A stretch of 64,000 bases of DNA from contig JAVZLM010000005.1 in the NCBI GenBank assembly GCA_038883775.1, forward strand, positions 1 through 64,000, given 5' to 3'. The stretch's first letter is position 1, and every line of letters begins with the position of its first letter. Origin of the DNA: Candidatus Bathyarchaeia archaeon (lineage in GTDB: Archaea; Thermoproteota; Bathyarchaeia; Bathyarchaeales; Bathycorpusculaceae). Below are positions 29,469 to 39,144 of this stretch, piece by piece. The position numbers were made by a program, and so were the translations under genes. The notes beneath the pieces are model-generated. The model did no database searches and was not told the origin of the DNA. It saw only the letters and a list, made by a program, of their open reading frames with translations.

Positions 29469-30698
29469 TTAACGAGTTCTAGTTTCTGAAACCACAAACA
29501 AAACAACAAGCACACCGATTAAACCCACGAGAAAACATACGATAAAGGGCATTTCCGAAGAAGAAAACTCATAGAGAAAACCGCCTAACGAAGAGCCAAC
29601 TACTAACCCTACATTCTGAAAAGCATTAAAAATACCCATAGCCCTCCCTCTTCTTGAAACTGAGGCCACGTCTGAAAACATTGCCGTAAGAGAAGGATTA
29701 ATTATCGCACGCCCAAAGCCCTGAAGCATCATTACTCCAAGTAACGGCAAGAAACTTCCAGAGAATATGATTAAGAGTGCAGAGAGCGCATACAAAAAGC
29801 CGCCGAAAATGAAAGTTGGTTTCCTTCCAATTTTATCTGCAGCCGTTCCCATGGGTAAGGTTGCGATAAGCGTCACTATCCCCATAACCGTGAAAAGTAA
29901 GCCCACTTCCGTAGTTGGTATGTTTAAAATTTCATTTGCATAAACAGATAGAACGGGCTGGATTAACGAACTAGAAAAGGCTGTGGTAAAACGGGCTACG
30001 CACAAGCTTAAAAATACAATTGGGTAAAGCGTGAATTGGCTTAACCCCTTAACAGAATCCATAGAAGAAATATTCCTAGAAATTGGCGAATTATCCTTTT
30101 TCTCCCCAACAATTACAGTTTCTTTCACAGTTAAAACCACCAAAACCATACTCAAAAAAGCTAATACACCACAGACAAAAAATGGAAAAGCAATGGTAAA
30201 AGCGCCTGCAAGCACTCCTCCCAAGCCTGGACCAACAGCCATTCCTAAAAACCACATCATCTCATACAAACCCAAAGCTTTACTTCTATCTTCTGGCAAA
30301 ACAATATCAACAACCATTGTGCTTATAACAGGCCAAACAATTCCAGAAGCAACGCCTTGAAGCGCCCTCAAGATTATAAGCTGGTTTACGTCTTCTGTAA
30401 AACCATATAACGTCATAACAACCGAATACATTAATAAGCCCATTGTAATTGGCTTTTTTCTTCCACTCCTATCCGCAAGCCAACCTCCAGGATAAGTTGT
30501 GACGGCGCGGCTTATCGCAAAGGAAGCCGTTAAAAGGCCAAGTTGTATTCCAGTGGCTCCAAAGCTTCTAGCGTATATGGGTAATAGAGGCATAACTAGG
30601 CCGAAACCAAGCATACTGACAAAAACAGCGAAACATAATGGAAACAGCTGAGTATATCTTAAAAGAATTTTTAAGTCATTTTTGAAAGCTGTAAGCAT
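29469..30698 (-). CDS. MFS transporter
   Basis: GWLADRSGRK and ADKIGRK motif A; about 12 TMs. Confidence 0.92.
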   Translation of the reverse strand: MLTAFKNDLKILLRYTQLFPLCFAVFVSMLGFGLVMPLLPIYARSFGATGIQLGLLTASFAISRAVTTYPGGWLADRSGRKKPITMGLLMYSVVMTLYGFTEDVNQLIILRALQGVASGIVWPVISTMVVDIVLPEDRSKALGLYEMMWFLGMAVGPGLGGVLAGAFTIAFPFFVCGVLAFLSMVLVVLTVKETVIVGEKKDNSPISRNISSMDSVKGLSQFTLYPIVFLSLCVARFTTAFSSSLIQPVLSVYANEILNIPTTEVGLLFTVMGIVTLIATLPMGTAADKIGRKPTFIFGGFLYALSALLIIFSGSFLPLLGVMMLQGFGRAIINPSLTAMFSDVASVSRRGRAMGIFNAFQNVGLVVGSSLGGFLYEFSSSEMPFIVCFLVGLIGVLVVLFVVSETRTR

Positions 30699-30801
30699 TT
30701 ACTTTCCCCTAACTGCAGCTATTTGTAGACAACTGTTCTTAACGTAGAAAAAGAAAAATCTTAGGGTTTAAGACATAATAAACCGTAAGGAAAGTGCTCA
30801 T

Positions 30802-31791
30802 ATGGTTTCTCTAAGAGCTTTAGCACCTTCATTAACACGCATAACCATCGCTGCCGCCGTAGGAGCTGCATTACATATAGGGCAAGGCAACCCAGACTTA
30901 ATAGACGCAAAGGCTGTGGAATTTTCAAGGGCTGTCCTTGCACAAACGGACGTAGAAGGCGAGGTCATCTCATGCGAAGGTCCAAAGGACAACGCCCCAG
31001 CCTTTATGAAAAGAGAGAAAGTTGGAACTGGAAAAGGTCCAAAAGTGGAGTTTGTCATAGACCCAGTGGACGGAAGCACAGCCGCATCAAAGGGCAGAAA
31101 AGACGCCATTTCTGCCCTTGCTTGTGCGCCCGCTGGCTGCTTTCAAGTTCTTCCAGACGATGGATACTATTTCAAAGTTGCAACCGATTATCACTCTATC
31201 GGCAAAATCTCATTAGACATGTCAATAGAAGAAATAGTACGCACGGTTGCCAAAGAAAAAAGCCTGCCCCTCGAAAACTTCACGGTTATAATGTTGGAAC
31301 GAGAAAGACATCTGGAAATTCTTAAAACTCTCAGAAAATTGGGCGTAAGAATAATTCTGATTCCAGACGGAGACATAGCAGCAGCCGTAGCCACATGCAT
31401 TCCAACCTCAGGCGTAGACCTTCTAATAGGCGCTGGCGCTGGACCAGAAGCAACCATAGCAGCAACAGCCGTAAAATGCCTAGGCGGAACAATGCTTGTA
31501 AAAGTTTGGCAAGACAAAAAAGACGACCCACAAAAACTGGAAAGACTAAAAAGAGAAGGCGTCGACACAGAAAAAGTTTACAACCAAGATGAACTGGCGA
31601 AAGGCAGCGAGTTGGTTTTTGCCGCTTCAGGCGTGACAAAAGGCGAACTCTTAGATGGTGTGCGCTTCATCCCAAATGGAGCCATAGTAAACTCAATCTG
31701 CATGAGGCTGCCAAGCGGGACGGTGGAAAAATCGGAAACAACATTACGATTTAAAGCCCACCCCATCTACAGGCACTTCATAATAAGATAA
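30802..31791 (+). CDS. glpX: Class II fructose-1,6-bisphosphatase
   Basis: EGPKDNAP, IDPVDGST, DGDI, GPEA, ASGVTKGELLDGV. Confidence 0.85.
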   Translation: MVSLRALAPSLTRITIAAAVGAALHIGQGNPDLIDAKAVEFSRAVLAQTDVEGEVISCEGPKDNAPAFMKREKVGTGKGPKVEFVIDPVDGSTAASKGRKDAISALACAPAGCFQVLPDDGYYFKVATDYHSIGKISLDMSIEEIVRTVAKEKSLPLENFTVIMLERERHLEILKTLRKLGVRIILIPDGDIAAAVATCIPTSGVDLLIGAGAGPEATIAATAVKCLGGTMLVKVWQDKKDDPQKLERLKREGVDTEKVYNQDELAKGSELVFAASGVTKGELLDGVRFIPNGAIVNSICMRLPSGTVEKSETTLRFKAHPIYRHFIIR

Positions 31792-31807
31792 ACTTCTTCA
31801 GATTTAG

Positions 31808-32521
31808 GTGATTACAAATTTGGTTAGGCTTGGTTTAATAGTTCCTTCCTCAAACACAACCATGGAAACCGAATTTCGAACAATTCTGCCCAAAAGTTTT
31901 ACAATTCACACCGCTAGACTAAGACTAGAAAGTGTAACCTTAAAATGCTTAACCAGGATGGAAAGAAAAATTGAGGAAGAAGCTATTAAGCTGGCAGACG
32001 CAGATGTAGAAGTCATTGGATATGGCTGTACCAGTGGAAGCTTGTTTAAGGGTTTAAGCCACGACAAAATTATAGAAGAAAGAATAAGGAGGGTTTCTGG
32101 AAAACCAGCAGTAGCAGCCGCTGGCGCTGTTATTGCCGCTTTAAAAGCTCTAAAAGTAAAGAGCGTTTCTGTAGCAACTCCATACATTAACGAGATAAAC
32201 GATTTAGAGAAGAGATTCTTGATTGCAAACGGATTTAAAGTCGTAGATTTAAAGGGATTACAACTATCAGACAACCTCAAAATTGGAAAAGTAAGCAGTG
32301 AAACACTTCATAAACTGATTACAAAGTTAAGACACGAAGAGGCAAACGGAGTTTTCATAAGCTGCACAAACCTTCCAACAGCACAAATTATCAAAAAACT
32401 TGAGAATATGCTTGCAAAACCAGTTGTCTCAAGCAATACAGCAACGCTTTGGGCTATGCTTAAAAAGACCAAAATCCCTACAAAAATCAAAGGTTATGGA
32501 AAACTCCTCGAAGAATACTAA
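31808..32521 (+). CDS. Maleate isomerase / Asp-Glu racemase family protein
   Basis: GLIVPSSNTTME, YGCTSGS, ISCTNL, VVSSN. Confidence 0.88.
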   Translation: MITNLVRLGLIVPSSNTTMETEFRTILPKSFTIHTARLRLESVTLKCLTRMERKIEEEAIKLADADVEVIGYGCTSGSLFKGLSHDKIIEERIRRVSGKPAVAAAGAVIAALKALKVKSVSVATPYINEINDLEKRFLIANGFKVVDLKGLQLSDNLKIGKVSSETLHKLITKLRHEEANGVFISCTNLPTAQIIKKLENMLAKPVVSSNTATLWAMLKKTKIPTKIKGYGKLLEEY

Positions 32522-32550
32522 AGTTATTTTCAACATTTTAGCCAAAAATG

Positions 32551-32722
32551 TGGGGCCGGCCGGATTTGAACCGACGACCTTTCCCCGGAAACAGCGTTTG
32601 GCTGTTCCTACGGGTTTCTCTATGACCGCTCCAGAATTTCTTCATTCCGCTTTGCTGCGGTCCGCAAACCCGTTTTGGCTTATTCTGGAGCCCGTCGTCA
32701 TACCTTCCTAGACTACGGCCCC
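32551..32722 (-). tRNA. tRNA-Trp (CCA) with two introns: about 32616-32684 (37/38) and about 32581-32609 (near 43/44)
   Basis: Reverse complement GGGGCCG..ACGGG CTCCAG [69 nt] A CCCGT [29 nt] AGGTC GTCGG TTCAAAT CCGGC CGGCCCC A; BHB-like junctions. Confidence 0.9.
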
Positions 32723-32799
32723 GTTTTGTGGCATTAGATTTACTTGAAGGATAAAATATATGCGTTATTCTTATTTTATAGGAAGGTTGAGGGATAAGA

Positions 32800-33729
32800 T
32801 TGGCTTGGCTTTTGGAGAGGGAGATTAGGCGGGAACTGCCCGAAGAATGGAAGGGAATTATTCCAACAGAGGTTTTCATGCGTGAATCTGAAGATATTGT
32901 TGAGAAAGCTAGGCGAGATGGTTTGATTTTGAGGATTTTGGGTGGCCTTGGAATAGCCATGCACTGTCAAGAATTTAGAGATTTTGCACAGAAATTGGGT
33001 AGGATTGGCACTGGGTTTGTAGAGGGGCAAGAGTATAGTGATATTGATTTTGTTTCTTATGGCAGTTATAGGGAGAAAATGAAAGAGTTCTTTGGCAATA
33101 TTGGTTATGTAAAGAGGAAAATGACGCTTTCTACGGCGGCGTCTGGAAGGCAGATATATTATCATCCAAAAGGCTGGTTTTATGTCGATGTTTTCTTTGA
33201 TAAGTTGTTGGTGGCAAATCATCCCATCGATTTTAGGGGAAGACTGGAGCTTGACTATCCCACGATAACTGTGACGGATATGCTTTTGGAGAAATTGCAG
33301 ATTTGGGAAGCCTTCAGCATAAAAGACCTAAAAGACTGTTTACTCTTGCTAAAAGCTCACGACATAAAAGTGGAAAGCGCAAAGGAAAGCATAGACGCAG
33401 CATATATTGCGAAACTTTTAGCCCAGGACTGGGGATTCTGGTATACAGCTACAACAAACCTCAAAAAAATCAAAATATTCCTCTCAGAAATCGAGAAACT
33501 TGGCCCAGAAGCCAACATGGACCCAACGCAAATCAGAAAGGAGGATAGGGAAGAGATAATCCAAAAAATAGACTCTCTATGGGAGGTTATAGAAAGAGAG
33601 CCGAAATCTTTTGGGTGGAAGATGCGGGCTAAAATTGGGATAAAGAAAAGATGGTACAACCCCGTGGAGCGCCCAGAAACCGTTGGTGGCTTTGGAATAT
33701 GGGAAGCCATCCTTAAAGAGAAGGGCTAA
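32800..33729 (+). CDS. Nucleotidyltransferase-like conserved protein
   Basis: LRILGGLG..SDIDF, VDVFFD, LLEKLQI, KDLKD. Confidence 0.65.
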   Translation: MAWLLEREIRRELPEEWKGIIPTEVFMRESEDIVEKARRDGLILRILGGLGIAMHCQEFRDFAQKLGRIGTGFVEGQEYSDIDFVSYGSYREKMKEFFGNIGYVKRKMTLSTAASGRQIYYHPKGWFYVDVFFDKLLVANHPIDFRGRLELDYPTITVTDMLLEKLQIWEAFSIKDLKDCLLLLKAHDIKVESAKESIDAAYIAKLLAQDWGFWYTATTNLKKIKIFLSEIEKLGPEANMDPTQIRKEDREEIIQKIDSLWEVIEREPKSFGWKMRAKIGIKKRWYNPVERPETVGGFGIWEAILKEKG

Positions 33730-33768
33730 AAGCGAAAAGTTAATGAGTAATGGCTTACGGTGTATTTT

Positions 33769-33894
33769 GGGGTTTGCCGGTCATAGGGCACGGGACCCAC
33801 CTGATCCCATTCCGAACTCAGAAGTTAAACCGTGCTCCGTTCCCGGTTGTAGTGTGGTCTTCGGCCACGCGAAGCCGGGAAAGCTGGCAGCCCC
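33769..33894 (+). rRNA. rrf: 5S rRNA (unlinked from 16S/23S)
   Basis: CCTGATCCCATTCCGAACTCAGAAGTTAA core; terminal GGGG..TGCCGG / CTGGCAGCCCC helix. Confidence 0.97.
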
Positions 33895-33982
33895 TTTAAA
33901 ATTAGTGTTTAAATTTGGAGGAGAATTACCTAAAATTTATAACTAAGCTTTTGATAGTTTTTCGAAAGGTGAGCTGGTAATA

Positions 33983-35107
33983 GTGTTTGAGTTGATGATG
34001 CTCTTGGGAATAGTGTTGCTGCAGATTGATTTATCCCAGATTATAAGCCTACTCTACATTCTTTTCTTCGTATTTTTCATATTTTATGGACAGAGAATCC
34101 AATTGCAAGTAACGCTCAGAGAAGTTGAAGGCTCCCTTTATAAACTGAAATACATAAAGGATGAAGGAAGAAGAATCGCTATAGAAACGATTAAGGAAAT
34201 TGGAAAGCCGCAGACAGAACCCGCCAGCAGAGTTGACAAATTCTTGGAATACTTCACTATTTCACCGCAAAGTCTTGACCCAGCTGGTGTTGTTTGGAAG
34301 CTTGAGCATATCCTTGACGTTAGGGATACACGCTTCAAAGATGAAGTGAAGCTTATGGCTCCAGCGGCGGATGAAACGCAAGCAAACAATTTGGAAAACA
34401 CGCTTGAGGCTGCTATGGCGTTAAACTACATTTACAAGGTGATTAGGCATTATTACTTGCTTGGAAAGAAAACATTGAGCCTCTACGTCATAATGCAATT
34501 GCAAATGATATTACCATTAGTTATGCGGGAAGCAGAAGCCTACGCCAGCGCATTAAAAGCCTTCGCCTACGGTCAACCAATAGGCGACGGAGCAGGCGCC
34601 ATGGTGGCAGCAAAACTCATGCACGGGCACGAAACGAGAAAAGTGCCAAAAGACTGTGTTGTTGCCACAGTTCCAATAGAAGGACGCACAGCCTACGTTA
34701 TAAAAGCAGAGGGACCAGGAGGAAATGTTGGCAAAATTGGAGACGCCATTAAAACAATAATAGAGGAAAACGAGGGAAAAATTGCCACAATAATCATGGT
34801 TGATGCTGCCTTGAAACTTGAAGGCGAAGAGGTCGGCGAAGTTGCCGAAGGTGTTGGAGCAGCCATAGGCGGACCTGGAGTTGACCAATTCAAGATTGAA
34901 GAGTCGATTCTGAAATATCGTATTCCAATAAATGCTGTAATAATAAAAGAGGATATTGGCGATGCGGTTTCGCCCATGCGCAAAGAGATTTTTGATGCCG
35001 TTGACAATGCCATTGAAAGGATAAAGCATGTTATCTTGGAAAGAACTAAGGAAGGGGACAAAGTGATAATTGCTGGAGTTGGCAACACGATTGGTATTGC
35101 ACAGTAG
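33983..35107 (+). CDS. DUF1512 family protein
   Basis: LDPAGVV, PIGDGAG, KAEGPGG, VDAALKLEGE, GVGNTIGIAQ. Confidence 0.88.
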   Translation: MFELMMLLGIVLLQIDLSQIISLLYILFFVFFIFYGQRIQLQVTLREVEGSLYKLKYIKDEGRRIAIETIKEIGKPQTEPASRVDKFLEYFTISPQSLDPAGVVWKLEHILDVRDTRFKDEVKLMAPAADETQANNLENTLEAAMALNYIYKVIRHYYLLGKKTLSLYVIMQLQMILPLVMREAEAYASALKAFAYGQPIGDGAGAMVAAKLMHGHETRKVPKDCVVATVPIEGRTAYVIKAEGPGGNVGKIGDAIKTIIEENEGKIATIIMVDAALKLEGEEVGEVAEGVGAAIGGPGVDQFKIEESILKYRIPINAVIIKEDIGDAVSPMRKEIFDAVDNAIERIKHVILERTKEGDKVIIAGVGNTIGIAQ

Positions 35108-35120
35108 GAGATTGATTGAA

Positions 35121-35534
35121 ATGAGTAAGGCTTCAACGTCTACACCTGCAAAAATTTCTTCATTCATACTTATGATAATTTTCGTTACTTTGGCATTGTC
35201 TTTGACGGTTCTAATCGTAGCTATAAACGCCTTTATTAGCGAACAAGAAATTTTTGCAGGATACCTCTTATTGATAGGCTTCTTAGGCGTAGCCTTTTCC
35301 ACATACTTACTGTTTCAAACAAGAAGGCGAATATTGAGTTTGAGGATTGAACTTCCCCAAATAACAACCACGATTGAGTGTAGAAAATGCGGCTTCAAAA
35401 GCGTCAGGGAGTTTCAGCGAGGCGACTACATTTTTAAGGAAGTTGAACCGTGCCAAAAATGTAATGAGAAAATGCTGATAACGGCAATTTACAGAGAAGT
35501 TAGGGAAAAGGAAAGGGAGCGCTTCCCATTTTAG
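35121..35534 (+). CDS. Membrane protein with zinc ribbon
   Basis: Two TMs; CRKC..REFQRGDYIF..CQKC..ITAIY. Confidence 0.75.
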   Translation: MSKASTSTPAKISSFILMIIFVTLALSLTVLIVAINAFISEQEIFAGYLLLIGFLGVAFSTYLLFQTRRRILSLRIELPQITTTIECRKCGFKSVREFQRGDYIFKEVEPCQKCNEKMLITAIYREVREKERERFPF

Positions 35535-36436
35535 GTTAGGACAAGGCATCCGTCTTCAACCATCAAAACCGTATGTTCAGCTTGCGCCACGGGTTTTCTG
35601 CTGGCTTCGATGAATACTGGATATCCCATTATGGATTTTGAGGCTAATAATTCTTTGAAGGCTTCATGATAATGCTCTTGCGGAACCACATTTTTTAACC
35701 AGCGTTCAGCAAAGGGTAACGTTCTAAAGTTTTTCTCAATATATTTTAGAAGCTTTTTTGCGTGCGGATTTTTTAACGACCTTGATTTGAGAAAACGAAA
35801 AATTGTGACTTCTTCGCCGTCTTTTACTCGACCAGCAGCCTCTGAAAGAGTTACGAAGGGCTCGATGGCGTAAACTTCGCCCAACTTAATTTTTGAGAAT
35901 GAAAATTGTGAAACATTTGGGATGGACGTACCAGCATGCACAAGATATCTGCCAACTTGATGCCCGGTTAGGTTTGAGATGGGTTTGAAACCGCGGTTTT
36001 TTATGGTTTTTTCTATGATTGCGCCTAATTTTGATGTGGAAATTTCTGGGCGGATATTTTCTATGGCTATTTTTAATGCTTGTTCTGCTGTTTCCACAAG
36101 GCTTTCGTATTCTGGATTAAAACATAGTGTGACTGCAGTGTCTGTTACGTAGCCGTCTACGTGGACGCCTATGTCCACTTTAACCAAGGAGTTTTTTGGA
36201 ATTTTTCGTTCATCATTTGGAGGAGACGTATAGTGGGCTGCGATTTCGTTTATCGAAACGTTGCATGGGAAGGCTGGTTTTCCGCCCTTTCTTCGTATGA
36301 GGTTTTCCGCTTTTTCGCATACTTCAATTATCGACATGTCTTCATGCACAAAACTTTTAATTTCTTCTCTTGTCTCACGAAGAATTTTTCCAGACAACTG
36401 AAGTTTTTTTAGGGCTTCTTCATCATAAACGCTCAT
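35531..36436 (-). CDS. map: Methionine aminopeptidase type II
   Basis: AFPCNVS, AAHY, DIGVHVDG, DTA, LTGH, AIEPF, EHT; start set at MSVYDEE. Confidence 0.96.
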   Translation of the reverse strand: MSVYDEEALKKLQLSGKILRETREEIKSFVHEDMSIIEVCEKAENLIRRKGGKPAFPCNVSINEIAAHYTSPPNDERKIPKNSLVKVDIGVHVDGYVTDTAVTLCFNPEYESLVETAEQALKIAIENIRPEISTSKLGAIIEKTIKNRGFKPISNLTGHQVGRYLVHAGTSIPNVSQFSFSKIKLGEVYAIEPFVTLSEAAGRVKDGEEVTIFRFLKSRSLKNPHAKKLLKYIEKNFRTLPFAERWLKNVVPQEHYHEAFKELLASKSIMGYPVFIEASRKPVAQAEHTVLMVEDGCLVLT

Positions 36437-36506
36437 TAATTTCACACTATTTTTATTAATGCTAACAAGGTTATAGTTTAAAAGTTTAATGAGAAAGGTG
36501 ATGTGT

Positions 36507-37178
36507 TTGGCTAAGATAACATGGTTCGGACACGCAGCCTTCAAAATAGAAATTGCAGACAAAATTGTTTTGGTTGATCCGTGGCTTGATGGAAACCCAA
36601 CCTCACCAGTGAAAGCTTCGGAGATAAGTATGGTGGACATAGTTTTTGTTACCCACGACCACGGAGACCACTTGGGCGAAGCATTCGCCATCTGCAAAAA
36701 TACAAATGCAACCTTTGCTGGTGTGGTTGAGCTTGCTCGCCACGCACAAGAGAACGGTGTAAAAAACGCTGTTGGATTAAATTTTGGCGGAAGCATAGAA
36801 ATCAATGAAGTGAAGCTCGCCATTGTCCCAGCAGTTCACACATGCTCAAAAGGCGCACCAACAGGCGTAATAATTCAAGGGGAAGGCAAAACTGTTTATC
36901 ACGCTGGAGACACAGCGTTTTTTGGGGATATGCAGTTTATAGGCGATTTTTACAAGCCCGATTTGGCTTTAATTCCTATAGGAGGCTACTACACCATGAA
37001 CGCTAAAGAAGCGGTGGAAGCCGTTAAATTGCTTAAGCCAAAAGCGGTTATTCCAATGCATTACAAGACTTTTCCAGTTTTGGCGCAGTCAGCAGACGAA
37101 TTTGTGAAAATTGCTAAAGAAAAAGTGCCAAAAGTGAAGGTTGTTGTGCTGAAGCCGGGCGAAAGCTATCAGTTTTAA
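36507..37178 (+). CDS. Metal-dependent hydrolase (UPF0173, MBL fold)
   Basis: WFGHA, THDHGDH, HAGDT, PIGG, IPMHY. Confidence 0.93.
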   Translation: MAKITWFGHAAFKIEIADKIVLVDPWLDGNPTSPVKASEISMVDIVFVTHDHGDHLGEAFAICKNTNATFAGVVELARHAQENGVKNAVGLNFGGSIEINEVKLAIVPAVHTCSKGAPTGVIIQGEGKTVYHAGDTAFFGDMQFIGDFYKPDLALIPIGGYYTMNAKEAVEAVKLLKPKAVIPMHYKTFPVLAQSADEFVKIAKEKVPKVKVVVLKPGESYQF

Positions 37179-37738
37179 ATTGTGGGCTTGTGAACTTTGG
37201 GTTCAAGTGTTGCGAATTCGTCTCCGCCTATGTGAAATATCATCCTTGCTTTTTCTAAATCATATAATTCTTTGAAAGCCTCTTTTGAGGCATATGCCTC
37301 GACTATTTCGCCAACAAAAATTGTGTGGTCGCCCGTGGTGAACTGACTGTGGAGTTTGCATTCGAGGTGGGCTATGCATTCCTTTATTATAGGAGGCTTC
37401 ACTTTTCTGGCGGGGGCTGGCGTTAAACCAGTTTCCTTAAATTTGTCAAGGTCTCTGCCGCTTCTTCTGCCGCAAAACAAGGTTTCCTTCAATATTTCCA
37501 TTGTTGGAATGTTGACTACAAACTCTTTTGTCTCCTCAATAAGCGCATGTGAATATCTTCGTGGAGCGATGCTTATGGCAACCAGAGGCGGGTTTAGGGA
37601 AGTTGGCATAGCCCACGCCAAAGTGATTATGTTTGGTTTTCCAGCCTTGCCTATGCAAGAGACAAGCACTGTGTGCATTGGATGAAGAAGCCTTGGGGCG
37701 GATGAAAGGCTTACGTTAACTTTTTCTTTTTCAGCCAT
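37175..37738 (-). CDS. Flavin reductase family protein
   Basis: NIITLAW, EFVVNIP, LECK, GDHTIFVGEI. Confidence 0.92.
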   Translation of the reverse strand: MAEKEKVNVSLSSAPRLLHPMHTVLVSCIGKAGKPNIITLAWAMPTSLNPPLVAISIAPRRYSHALIEETKEFVVNIPTMEILKETLFCGRRSGRDLDKFKETGLTPAPARKVKPPIIKECIAHLECKLHSQFTTGDHTIFVGEIVEAYASKEAFKELYDLEKARMIFHIGGDEFATLEPKVHKPTI

Positions 37739-37751
37739 TTACAACACCACC

Positions 37752-38882
37752 TTAACGTTTCAGATGGAATTTATCTATTACATTTCTTGCCTTTTCCCGT
37801 TTCTTCCTATGCTCAATCAAGAATTTGTTAACCCTTTCCGTAAGGTCTGTTTTGCATTCGCCGCACAAAATTTCGCCTTTCTTACACTTCATTTTTCTTT
37901 CAGCCAGTTTTTTGTCGTCTTCCTCAAATAGGAAAGTGAAGTATTGGAAAACAGTGCAGATTTCTGGTTCGCCGCCGAGCTTTCGCTGTTCTTCAACCGT
38001 TGCTTTACCACCAGTGAAGGCGTTCCAAATTTTCCTTTTCACAACCTCTGGCGGGTCTATAACAAATATGGAGGTCTCGGGTTCTGAAGCGCTCATTTTT
38101 CCTCCAACACCTAACCCGGGCAAAAAGCGACAGTGAATTTGGGCTGGCTTGTAATAGCCAAGTTTTTGAGCTATGTCGCGAGTTACCCGCCAATATGGGT
38201 CTTGGTCTATGGCTGCCGGAATCAAGGCTGGAACATTTTCACCAGTTAATTTTGCGTGAATAAAGCATGGAACTGCCTGGATGGCTGGCCAGAAAATCCA
38301 ACCAATGTTTGTGCTTTCTTGGAACCCAAAGGTGGCTCTGGCTGTGGAGTAGGTTATGCGTTTCGCAACTTCCAAGGCAATATCATAAAGCAAGCCAATA
38401 TCTTCAACATCAAAAATTATATACGTGTCTTCTGGTTCAAAGCCTAAAGCAATTAGATCCAAAGCATTCTCGTAAGCAAAATTTCTAGTATCTTTAAGCT
38501 TCAATTCATCTTCTACTAAGAATTTTTCGTCATCAGTCATCTGAAAATAAAGCCTCGTCTTAAACTTGTCCTGCAAATGTTTCGTGAAAATCCATGGAAT
38601 AAGATGCCCAATATGAACAGGACCAGAAGGACCTCTGCCAGTGTAGAGAACGAATTTTTTTCCCTTCTCATACAAGTCTAAAACAACATCCAAATCACGA
38701 TGGGAAAAAAATAGCCCTCTTTGCAACTGAAGGTGGAGTTCGCCTGTGTATTTTTGCAGTCTTTGCAGTAGCTCATCTGTTAGGGGTTGCGTTCCAAAGT
38801 CCCTTATTAAACGTTCATAATCTACTTTGCCCCTAACTTCCCAAGGGGTAACAACCATTTCATTCTTGTTTTTTTCAGCCAA
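37752..38882 (-). CDS. trpS: Tryptophanyl-tRNA synthetase
   Basis: VTPWEV, YTGRGPS, HIGH, IDQDPY, KMSAS. Confidence 0.97.
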   Translation of the reverse strand: MAEKNKNEMVVTPWEVRGKVDYERLIRDFGTQPLTDELLQRLQKYTGELHLQLQRGLFFSHRDLDVVLDLYEKGKKFVLYTGRGPSGPVHIGHLIPWIFTKHLQDKFKTRLYFQMTDDEKFLVEDELKLKDTRNFAYENALDLIALGFEPEDTYIIFDVEDIGLLYDIALEVAKRITYSTARATFGFQESTNIGWIFWPAIQAVPCFIHAKLTGENVPALIPAAIDQDPYWRVTRDIAQKLGYYKPAQIHCRFLPGLGVGGKMSASEPETSIFVIDPPEVVKRKIWNAFTGGKATVEEQRKLGGEPEICTVFQYFTFLFEEDDKKLAERKMKCKKGEILCGECKTDLTERVNKFLIEHRKKREKARNVIDKFHLKR

Positions 38883-39144
38883 TTGAATGCCGCCTATGCT
38901 TTTTTGCTCTTTATAAGATTCATGAAAAACGTATTAAGTTTTGTGCGATTTCGTAAAGGAATAAGCTATAAATATGATTTCTTCTTTTGGTTATTGTGTT
39001 GTTGGTGAAGGGATGCCTCGCCAATTTACTTAAGGCATCATGCCTTTTCTCTAGATAATATAGTGTGGCTCATGCATAGTTTTATTAAAACTGAAACAAC
39101 TACAATACGAAGCATAACCGTTCAAATTCACGAGGGGAAAAGTC

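Noticed and set aside
32400-32960. ORFs 32400-32711 and 32538-32960
   Set aside because: Overlap the intron-containing tRNA-Trp; spurious
36437-36823. 128-aa N-terminal extension of Map in the ORF track
   Set aside because: It is the antisense of the neighbouring hydrolase gene; Map homology begins at MSVYDEE
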